Source: Patescibacteria group bacterium
Lineage (GTDB): Bacteria; Patescibacteriota; Gracilibacteria; Peribacterales; Peribacteraceae
Direction: 5' to 3'
Assembly (NCBI GenBank): GCA_018818235.1
Contig: JAHISE010000123.1
Span: 1-52,048, forward strand
Length of the DNA: 52,048 nt
Shown here piece after piece: positions 45,778 through 52,048 of this stretch. Within the stretch, counting starts at the first letter, position 1, and each line of letters begins with the position of its first letter. The position numbers were made by a program, and so were the translations under genes. The notes under the pieces were generated by a model. That model worked only from the letters and a program-made list of their open reading frames with translations. It was not told the origin of the DNA and searched no databases.

Positions 45778-46578
45778 ATGAGTAAGTTTTTCATTGCCAC
45801 ATTTGCAGTCGCTACAATTTTGGCAGGGAATATGGTACTTCCTAACAATTTGCAGCCAATTGAATTTGTTCAAAAAGTAGAAGCGGCAGTAAGAGTAAAA
45901 GGATATTACCGCAAGAATGGAACATATGTAGCTCCTCACTATCGTTCAAGTCCTGACAGTAGCCCGTACAACAACTATAATTATCCTGGTAATACAAATC
46001 CGTACACTGGTAAAACAGCCACAGGAAACCCTGACACTTATCTAAAGAATTACATAAAGAGTACTTATACTATTCCCTCTTACAATTATACTTTGCCATC
46101 TTCTAGGACTACTACATCCTCTTACAGCTTACCTTCATATTTATTATCTCCATCATCTACTAACAATACTAATGTTTCAGTCCCAGCAAATGCCCGTCTA
46201 AATATTTTTGGCGATGGTTATATCTGCAATCATGGTTACAAAAAAAACTACTCGAATGGTAAATGTGAGAAAGTATTTGTTCCTCTAAATGCTAGATTAA
46301 GTGTCTTTGGGGATGATTATATATGCAATAGTGGCTATAAGAAGAATTATTCGACAAGTGTTTGTGAAAAGGTATATATCCCAGCAAATGCTCATCTTAG
46401 TGTTTTCGGAGATGATTATTGGTGTGACAGCGGATTCAAAAAAAATTACTCGACTGGCAAATGTGAAAAAATCTATATACCACCTAATGCACATTTCAGT
46501 ATATTTGGAGATGATTTCTTTTGTAACATTGGATATCAAAAGAATTACTCAACAAACACATGTTCGCCAATCAAATAG
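45778..46578 (+). CDS. Secreted protein with four tandem 33-aa Cys-containing repeats
   Basis: 266 aa from ATG 45778 with a signal peptide. The repeats follow VPANARLNIFGDGYICNHGYKKNYSNGKCEKVF and occur 4 times. Confidence 0.7.
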   Translation: MSKFFIATFAVATILAGNMVLPNNLQPIEFVQKVEAAVRVKGYYRKNGTYVAPHYRSSPDSSPYNNYNYPGNTNPYTGKTATGNPDTYLKNYIKSTYTIPSYNYTLPSSRTTTSSYSLPSYLLSPSSTNNTNVSVPANARLNIFGDGYICNHGYKKNYSNGKCEKVFVPLNARLSVFGDDYICNSGYKKNYSTSVCEKVYIPANAHLSVFGDDYWCDSGFKKNYSTGKCEKIYIPPNAHFSIFGDDFFCNIGYQKNYSTNTCSPIK

Positions 46579-47210
46579 GAATATATAGGCCAATAGAAAC
46601 TTTTGCACTTTTTGTGATATTGGTAAGCATTCCGTCAATAACTTTAGCCCACCCAGGACGTACAGATAGCTCCGGTTGCCATACTTGTAGAACCAATTGT
46701 GAGCAATGGGGTCTGAGTTATGGCGAATATCATTGTCACAGAGCAAAAAGTGTACCACAGCCTGAGCCTCCAATACGCAGTCACAGAGGTTTCCCAACAG
46801 GATACACAGAGCCTGCTCCTGATTATGCAAATTCTAAGCCACAATGCCCTGCAAATTCATCCTTGGTTGGTGCAACATGCTTTTGTAACACAGGATATGC
46901 CAAATTTAATAGTTCTTGTATTAAGATACCAACCAATGCTCACGCAGTCACAAGTGGGGCAGATGCATGGGAATGTGACGGTGGCTATACAGAAAAAGGC
47001 AATAACTGTGTACCAGAGCCCGTCCTAGTCGTAAGCCCATCAACATCATCAAGTTCCTCCTCACAGTCTTCATCTGCAAGTATTATGAAACAAACTTCTG
47101 TTTCAGAAGATAATGTAACCAGTCAATCACCTCTTCCGAATTCTATCCCATTATCCGAATCAAAAAGAGGTTTATGGAATCGTATTTGGTCATTTCTCTT
47201 CGGCTCATGA
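46560..47210 (+). CDS. Secreted YHYH-like domain protein with a Cys-rich module and conserved C-terminal tail
   Basis: 216 aa with a signal peptide ending SITLA. The motif HPGRTDSSGCHTCRTNCEQWGLSYGEYHCH resembles the YHYH motif. The module CPANSSLVGATCFCNTGY...IPTNAHAVTSGADAWECDGGY...CVPEP and the tail KRGLWNRIWSFLFGS are paralogous to the C-terminus of the next gene. Confidence 0.65.
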   Translation: MFANQIGIYRPIETFALFVILVSIPSITLAHPGRTDSSGCHTCRTNCEQWGLSYGEYHCHRAKSVPQPEPPIRSHRGFPTGYTEPAPDYANSKPQCPANSSLVGATCFCNTGYAKFNSSCIKIPTNAHAVTSGADAWECDGGYTEKGNNCVPEPVLVVSPSTSSSSSSQSSSASIMKQTSVSEDNVTSQSPLPNSIPLSESKRGLWNRIWSFLFGS

Positions 47211-48571
47211 AGTATCTATATATTGCTATTATCGGTTTACTTACTAGCTTCTATATAAATAATATTCCACAAACTTTAGCATTTGGCGAATGTGATCAGT
47301 ACGGAGTGATGGCTAAATATAATTACGATGGTACTTGTAGCTGTACATATGGTTGGAAATTTGACAATACACCTTTTGGCAAACGATGCGTAAGCACTTA
47401 TGATTATTGCAGAAATAGAATGGGAGTAATGGCTACATATGATAGTTTATATGACAAATGTGAATGCTTGGCTGGATATGTTTTAAAAAGAGATATGTTT
47501 GGTGATTTGTCGTGTATGAGCGGCGAAGGCGCATGTCATGATCAATTGGGTATACATTCCAGTTATCAATCGTTCAATGACAAATGTGTCTGTGATTACG
47601 GTTATTCCATTGTAAATGGGAAATGCGTTGATCTCGATCAGCAATGTTGGAATCAATTGGGGTATGATTCAAGTTATAATGTGCTTTATGACACATGTGA
47701 GTGCAACTCTGGTTATATTATTGATGGAGGTCAATGTAAAAATGCGGATATAGTATGCAGAAATGAGCATGGATATTATTCATCTTATAATTCTTTAATC
47801 AAAAAATGTGAATGTGATGATGACTACACTCTAGATGAGTATGGGGAATGCGTTGAAAAACAACATAATGTTTATTTTCGAGTGATTGAACTGGATGATG
47901 ATAACAACGAAGCAATTATAAAAAGTGACTATGATGGTTCTTATTATCACGTAAGTTATGGTTTAGGTTGCCTTTCATTCTGGAGATACGAGGACAAACA
48001 AATTGTTGTAAATCTGGGAACGGATTATTCATTGGATACCTGGGATAAGATTGTCCTTCAAGATAATAATCAGACGTGCAACATTGTCACAAAAGAAAGA
48101 GTGTACTCAGGCTTTTCTTTAAAAGAAGAAGATGAAGAATTGGCAGAAGAAGAGGAGGAAGAGGAAATCATAAACAATTATTATGTTCCGACTCCCACAC
48201 AAAATTTTGAGGAAGTAACAGTCCCTGCTCCTATACCAAGTTGCCCACCAAATTCCACTCTCATTGGAGACACTTGTACATGCAATGAGGATTATACTTC
48301 CTTCAATGATGCTTGTTTCAAGATGCCGGCTAATGCCCACGCAGTCATAAGTACAACAGATGCTTGGGAATGTGATGATGGGTTCATCGAAGAGGAAAAC
48401 GGTTGTATCCCCGAGCCAGTCAGTGCTCCAACTGTTACAAGCTCTTCCTCTAAATCAGAATCATCAATACACTCATTAGAAAATGAATCGGATTCATTGA
48501 TTGTAAAAGCTAGTCCTAAACCTGAGAAAAAATGGGGCTGGGATCGTTTTTGGTCGTTGTTCTTTAAATAG
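47207..48571 (+). CDS. Secreted Cys-rich repeat protein
   Basis: 454 aa from ATG 47207, which overlaps the upstream stop. It has a signal peptide and about 6 repeats of C..(Q/N)LG..S.Y....D.CEC..GY. The C-terminal module and the tail KKWGWDRFWSLFFK are shared with the previous gene. Confidence 0.7.
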   Translation: MKYLYIAIIGLLTSFYINNIPQTLAFGECDQYGVMAKYNYDGTCSCTYGWKFDNTPFGKRCVSTYDYCRNRMGVMATYDSLYDKCECLAGYVLKRDMFGDLSCMSGEGACHDQLGIHSSYQSFNDKCVCDYGYSIVNGKCVDLDQQCWNQLGYDSSYNVLYDTCECNSGYIIDGGQCKNADIVCRNEHGYYSSYNSLIKKCECDDDYTLDEYGECVEKQHNVYFRVIELDDDNNEAIIKSDYDGSYYHVSYGLGCLSFWRYEDKQIVVNLGTDYSLDTWDKIVLQDNNQTCNIVTKERVYSGFSLKEEDEELAEEEEEEEIINNYYVPTPTQNFEEVTVPAPIPSCPPNSTLIGDTCTCNEDYTSFNDACFKMPANAHAVISTTDAWECDDGFIEEENGCIPEPVSAPTVTSSSSKSESSIHSLENESDSLIVKASPKPEKKWGWDRFWSLFFK

Positions 48572-48585
48572 ACATAAACTCCTAG
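48566..48585 (+). repeat. Junction motif copy g (5'-truncated): AAATAGACATAAACTCCTAG
   Basis: Overlaps the stop at 48569-48571 and ends 19 nt before ATG 48605. Confidence 0.65.
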
Positions 48586-48604
48586 AAGATAGTAAACTAG
48601 ACGC

Positions 48605-48802
48605 ATGGCAACATTGCTTCTTAAAAGTTTGGTAACAGGCTACATATTGGTTTATGGCTTTTTATTTGTAGTATTTGCAAGAGATGTCGATAGTGGTAAT
48701 TTTATCTTTTCCTTTTTAATGCCTATAGTTGTATGGCCAGCTACTCTAATTGTTTCGGCTCTAGCTCTTTTAGTTTTTTTGGCAATTAAAGAAAACAAAT
48801 AG
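48605..48802 (+). CDS. Small hypothetical membrane protein
   Basis: 65 aa with two TM helices. Confidence 0.5.
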   Translation: MATLLLKSLVTGYILVYGFLFVVFARDVDSGNFIFSFLMPIVVWPATLIVSALALLVFLAIKENK

Positions 48803-48810
48803 AACCATTG

Positions 48811-48834
48811 TTTCTCATGGACACAAACTCCTAG
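48811..48834 (+). repeat. Junction motif copy h: TTTCTCATGGACACAAACTCCTAG
   Basis: Ends 28 nt before ATG 48863. Confidence 0.8.
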
Positions 48835-48862
48835 CATAGTTAAACTCACATGCTTTGAACAT

Positions 48863-49099
48863 ATGGACAATAGCTCCCAGAGAGACGATACTTGTCAGTG
48901 CATGCAAAAGAATCCATGGATTATTATTGGCTTAGTCGTAATTGGTTTTGTTTACATTATATTGACCTCAAGTAATAGTGGCTATAAATCAGGTCTTGAT
49001 GAGGGATACGCAGATGGATATGACGATGGGTATAATGAATGCTATATAATGATTGATGATATTTGTGGTGGTGGTGCTACATGTGCTGATTACTACTAA
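48863..49099 (+). CDS. Small hypothetical membrane protein
   Basis: 78 aa with one TM helix (PWIIIGLVVIGFVYIILT). Confidence 0.5.
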   Translation: MDNSSQRDDTCQCMQKNPWIIIGLVVIGFVYIILTSSNSGYKSGLDEGYADGYDDGYNECYIMIDDICGGGATCADYY

Positions 49100-49145
49100 G
49101 AAATATAAAAGCAACAATAACCATTGTGTTGCTCTTCTCTATTAA

Positions 49146-49168
49146 TTTCTATGGACACAAACTCCTAG
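49146..49168 (+). repeat. Junction motif copy i: TTTCTATGGACACAAACTCCTAG
   Basis: Followed by a GC-rich repeat and then the minus-strand TA genes. No plus-strand gene lies downstream of it. Confidence 0.8.
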
Positions 49169-49193
49169 CAACACCCCGCCATCACAGTCCTAG

Positions 49194-49315
49194 CTTCCTC
49201 CAGTAGGGAGCTCCAACCTGCGCAGCAGGTTGGCTCTTTGGTCGAGTCCTGTTGCTTCGGTTGGCAGGCCACGTCACTTGCGAGCATCACTATTGAGTGA
49301 TTGTGGCAGGTCACT
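49194..49315. repeat. GC-rich repeat R1
   Basis: cttcctccagtagggagctccaacctgcgcagcaggttgg...gtcctgttgcttcggttggcaggcca is homologous to 51338-51450. Its 3' part (ggccacgtcac...gtggcagg) resembles the cores at 30723 and 33624. Confidence 0.75.
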
Positions 49316-49338
49316 TCAAAATAGATTAATTTATTACA

Positions 49339-49623
49339 TTACCCAAACAAATTCTCATGATTATTCGTTGCATGAAATGTGATAGTTTCATTGTTATTGT
49401 TATCAACTCCAAGTTCATATAAAAGAATCCAGTCCCCTTCCACATGACAATCACGCAAATATTTCCATTTGCCATGTAATTGATGATCATTGAATTCAGA
49501 TGGAAGAGTTTTCTTTTGGATTAGTCTCAGCATTATCGCTTTAAGCTTTTCAATATCTTTTCCGGATTTTTTAATTCTTTTGTAATCTCTTCTGAATCTT
49601 TTTGTACTCTTTGGGATTCTCAT
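49339..49623 (-). CDS. Type II toxin, YafQ/RelE family
   Basis: 94 aa. The segment FNDHQLHGKWKYLRDCHVEGDWILLYE matches the YafQ signature (H..G.W.g.ReCHi.pD.LLiY). It lies 2 nt downstream of the antitoxin gene. Confidence 0.8.
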   Translation of the reverse strand: MRIPKSTKRFRRDYKRIKKSGKDIEKLKAIMLRLIQKKTLPSEFNDHQLHGKWKYLRDCHVEGDWILLYELGVDNNNNETITFHATNNHENLFG

Positions 49624-49625
49624 AA

Positions 49626-49904
49626 TCAGAGTTTATCCAGATGATCGAAAAATTCATCCTTATTTTTAGAGATTTTTACACCTTTCCCCTTCGAGGCATC
49701 TTCCAAGTCCTTTTGAAGTTTAATATTCGGAACTTCATCCAACCTGACCGGAGAAGGAGAAAAAGGCAAACCGCGGGATCTTTTAATCTCCATATAAAAC
49801 AGAATGATTGCCTGCGATGGTTTGATTCCTTGCGTCTTTAGGATTGTTTCAGCATCCTTTTGCAACTTTGGATCTATACGTTGCTGGATTCGACCTGATG
49901 ACAT
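49626..49904 (-). CDS. Type II antitoxin, RelB/DinJ family
   Basis: 92 aa. The ribbon-helix-helix-like N-terminus (IQQRIDPKLQKDAETILKTQGIKPSQAIILFY) resembles DinJ. Confidence 0.75.
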   Translation of the reverse strand: MSSGRIQQRIDPKLQKDAETILKTQGIKPSQAIILFYMEIKRSRGLPFSPSPVRLDEVPNIKLQKDLEDASKGKGVKISKNKDEFFDHLDKL

Positions 49905-49988
49905 AGCTAATATTGGGATAAGGCAAATGTACTACTATAGTACTATCTTTGTCATTTGAAATCAATAGTATTTTCACAGGGCTATTAT

Positions 49989-50234
49989 ATGTGTGATTTC
50001 CAATAAGCCATTCAAAGTAGTAAGTAAGGAGCTTAAATTCTATCGAAAAAAAGGCATTCCTATTCCTCATGTTCACGCGGATGATAGATTTACGGAAAGA
50101 GTTAAGATGAGCAATAAACAAAAACTTTTTATCGTAATTGTGACAAATGTGGTAAGGATATGGAGACAACATATGCTCCCAACCGCCCTGAAAAAGTTTA
50201 CTGCGAAGACTGCTACCTCAAAGAGGTCTATTAA
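49989..50234 (+). pseudogene. Decayed zinc-ribbon protein gene (frameshifted)
   Basis: Frame A reads KPFKVVSKELKFYRKKGIPIPHVHADDRFTERVKMSNKQKLF. After a 1-nt shift at the a5-c-t5 run, frame B reads YRNCDKCGKDMETTYAPNRPEKVYCEDCYLKEVY*. A third frame at the 5' end reads MCDFQ*. Together these resemble one conserved Cys-rich protein broken by indels, and the first CxxC is lost (HVHADD). Confidence 0.5.
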
Positions 50235-50256
50235 ACTCATGTATACAAACTCCTAG
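50235..50256 (+). repeat. Junction motif copy j (variant): ACTCATGTATACAAACTCCTAG
   Basis: Lies directly after the pseudogene and 125 nt upstream of the Fic gene ATG. Confidence 0.6.
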
Positions 50257-50380
50257 CAGGACATAGTCATCCCAGTCCGATCCTGCTCACTGTAATCAGT
50301 TCTTGCTTCCCCCATAATGCAAAAATAAAGCTTTATAAAGCTTGCATATTTTGCTATACTATATAAAGTTACAATTATTC

Positions 50381-51304
50381 ATGAATATCCCCCAAAAACT
50401 TCGGCTTCTTATGCAGATCACCGGGCTTACGCAAACTAAACTTGCTCAGGAGCTTGGGGTGTCATTCGTGTCTCTAAACAGATGGCTTAATAATAAAGCA
50501 GTCCCGCGTGCCGGGATGCAGAAGCGCATCGATGCCTTATGCTTAAAATATGCAGAAATCAAAGATATCCCCGATAAACCGCTTGATGCCAAGATGGCAA
50601 TTCTTTGGTTGAAGAAAAAACAGAATAAAAATTTACTAAATATGATACTCAAATATCCGGATATTCATGATCAATTTGTTCTGGTTCTAACATATACTTC
50701 CAATACTATTGAGGGCAGCACTCTTACCAAAGAAGAAACCGCCGCAGTACTTTTTGATAACGTCACGCTTCCAAACAGAACACTTGTTGAACAAATGGAA
50801 GCAAAAAATCACCAGGCAGCGCTACGTTTTTTGTTTAAATATTTGCAGAACAACAGAAAGATTAATGAAGGTCTAATACTTAAATTACATAGTATCCTCA
50901 TGAACGGGATTCGGGATGATGCAGGAATATATCGGTCTCATGCAGTGAGAATCGTAGGAGCCAATGTGCCGACTGCAAATTATTTAAAAGTACCGACTCT
51001 TATGAAGAAGTTTGTGAACGAAGCATGCCGCTCCAAGAAAAAGACCATGGAATATATTGCAAAAACACATGCCCAATTTGAACAGATCCATCCTTTTTCC
51101 GATGGCAACGGTCGCATTGGACGTCTGATAATGCATGCAATGCTTCTGTGTGCAGGGCTTCCTCCTGCTGTAATCGACCTTAAAAAGAAACGCAGATATT
51201 ATGCCGCATTACAGAAAGCCCAGCTTGAAAGTGATATACCTCCTTTGGAGGAATTCCTATGTGATAGCGTACTGGAAGGGTTTAAGATTTTAGAAAGATC
51301 ATAA
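50381..51304 (+). CDS. Fic family protein with an N-terminal XRE-type HTH
   Basis: 307 aa from ATG 50381 (track start is TTG 50342). HTH segment LRLLMQITGLTQTKLAQELGVSFVSLNRWLNNK and canonical Fic motif HPFSDGNGRIGR. Confidence 0.9.
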   Translation: MNIPQKLRLLMQITGLTQTKLAQELGVSFVSLNRWLNNKAVPRAGMQKRIDALCLKYAEIKDIPDKPLDAKMAILWLKKKQNKNLLNMILKYPDIHDQFVLVLTYTSNTIEGSTLTKEETAAVLFDNVTLPNRTLVEQMEAKNHQAALRFLFKYLQNNRKINEGLILKLHSILMNGIRDDAGIYRSHAVRIVGANVPTANYLKVPTLMKKFVNEACRSKKKTMEYIAKTHAQFEQIHPFSDGNGRIGRLIMHAMLLCAGLPPAVIDLKKKRRYYAALQKAQLESDIPPLEEFLCDSVLEGFKILERS

Positions 51305-51337
51305 AGCTTCAACTTCGCTCACCGCAGGCAGTCATAA

Positions 51338-51450
51338 CTTCCTCCACGAGGGAGCTCCAACCTTCGCAGCAGGTTGCCGACCGAAGCTAGCTCGCAGGTG
51401 AGCTTAGGTTGGCTTTTCGACGAAGTCCTGCTGCTTCGGTTGGCAGGCCA
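51338..51450. repeat. GC-rich repeat R2 (direct copy of R1 with a ~35-nt insertion)
   Basis: cttcctccacgagggagctccaaccttcgcagcaggttg[insert]gcttttcgacgaagtcctgctgcttcggttggcaggcca. Confidence 0.75.
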
Positions 51451-51631
51451 TTTTAAGATTCCAGAGGCCAGATTCGCAAACAGATTATAAGATTTTAAGA
51501 TTCCAAATATCGCCATTTGTGGGAATTGGAACCTGAGATCTTGGAATCCCCCTGTGAATCTGGAATTTGTGAATCCGGAATCTTTTTGTGAATCTCTCTG
51601 TGAATCTGGCCCCTGGAATCTGGAATCTTTT
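51451..51631. repeat. Long imperfect palindrome built from short-period ggaatc/gtgaatc units, between the convergent Fic and TPR genes
   Basis: aagattccagaggccagattc (51455-51475) pairs with gaatctggcccctggaatctg (51602-51622) at 19 of 21 positions. tgtgaatc occurs 4 times and tggaatc at least 4 times in between. Confidence 0.7.
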
Positions 51632-52048
51632 ATCTGTTTTCCCTAAGCAGTTCATCCATCTCCCCTCTTTTCCCCCTATACCCCTCATCCAACTCCAGCA
51701 CCTTCGCATAAGTCTCCCGTGCCTTATCTTCATCACCTGATTGTAAATATGCTCTTGCCATCTGCCAAAGAGCCGGAACGTAATACGGATCAATATCAAT
51801 CACATCTTGATACTTCTCTATTGCCTTTCCCATATCCCCTTTCATGAACAGAATTCCGGCAAGATTAAAATGTGCGTCCGGCAAATTGGGATTTGCTTCA
51901 ATTGCCTTGGAAGAATATTCCCACGCCAGATCATAGTCTCCGGTTCTGCCATACACTGCCCCCAAGCTTGCAAGTGCGTCCGGGAAGTTGGGATCAATTT
52001 TAAGTGCTTGTTCAAAAAGATCACGAGCGAGGTCCAGTTCACCATTTC
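51630..52048 (-). CDS. TPR repeat protein (partial; the 5' end lies beyond the window)
   Basis: The reading frame is open to the window edge (NGELDLARDLFEQALKIDPNFPDALASLGAVYGRTGDYDLAWEYSSKAIEANPNLPDAHFNLAGI...), with typical 34-aa TPR periodicity. The track's M at 51965 is an internal TTG codon. Confidence 0.8.
   Translation of the reverse strand, partial: NGELDLARDLFEQALKIDPNFPDALASLGAVYGRTGDYDLAWEYSSKAIEANPNLPDAHFNLAGILFMKGDMGKAIEKYQDVIDIDPYYVPALWQMARAYLQSGDEDKARETYAKVLELDEGYRGKRGEMDELLRENR

Larger units (their letters stand above)
37793..50256. mobile_element. Integrated element adjacent to or overlapping the tRNA-Thr 3' half (serine-recombinase type); right boundary not determined
   Basis: The recombinase gene abuts and overlaps the tRNA 3' half. 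A leftward module holds a P-loop/wHTH protein and small ORFs. A rightward array holds small membrane or secreted-protein genes punctuated by a co-oriented motif. I found no direct repeat of the tRNA 3' end, so the right end (somewhere between 49.1 and 51.5 kb) is a guess. Confidence 0.45.

Noticed and set aside
43106-50256. Whether the nine-copy junction motif is a CRISPR array.
   Set aside because: The spacing is irregular (about 250-3400 nt), and the intervals contain complete protein-coding genes. The motif is not palindromic, varies between copies, and no cas genes are present.
1-52048. Alternative genetic code with UGA recoding, as seen in some candidate phyla.
   Set aside because: recR, the PilX-like gene, the 992-aa pilin gene, the histidine kinase and the recombinase all end at TGA with sensible lengths, and conserved proteins contain no in-frame TGA.

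Overview
This is a 52-kb low-GC bacterial chromosomal window. I read it with the standard genetic code, since TGA, TAA and TAG all terminate well-supported genes. The gene content and repeat style suggest a Patescibacteria/CPR-like small-genome organism, but this is inference only. The supporting traits are type IV pilus genes with no secretin in the window, multi-kb Cys-rich/FG-GAP surface proteins, long intergenic palindromes built from short-period arms, and GC-rich repeat modules translated in frame.

Layout:
1. recR and a YerC/TrpR-like regulator with a palindromic operator (0.1-1.2 kb).
2. A 17-kb tandem array of four paralogous secreted proteins (1077, 465, 2670 and 1428 aa). They share one conserved N-terminal module and exchange Cys-rich modules. 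A divergent fifth Cys-rich protein follows (1.2-21.2 kb in total).
3. purH.
4. An 11-kb type IV pilus-like block bracketed by inverted copies of a GC-rich hairpin element. It holds a receiver-only response regulator, pilB, pilC and five prepilin-like genes. These include a 992-aa pilin with calcium-binding repeats and a pilin-anchored beta-propeller.
5. A sensor histidine kinase, RNase P RNA and tRNA-Thr(UGU).
6. An integrated element that begins inside the tRNA 3' half. It carries a large serine recombinase, a P-loop/wHTH protein and small ORFs. Twelve small membrane or secreted-protein genes follow, punctuated by nine co-oriented copies of a 20-23-nt motif.
7. A DinJ/YafQ-type toxin-antitoxin pair, a decayed zinc-ribbon pseudogene, an HTH-Fic protein and a partial TPR gene.

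The most striking unexplained signals are the co-oriented junction-motif array, the surface-protein family with a constant N-module, the repeat-bracketed pilus locus with giant pilins, and the GC-rich repeat modules embedded in frame in pilus genes.
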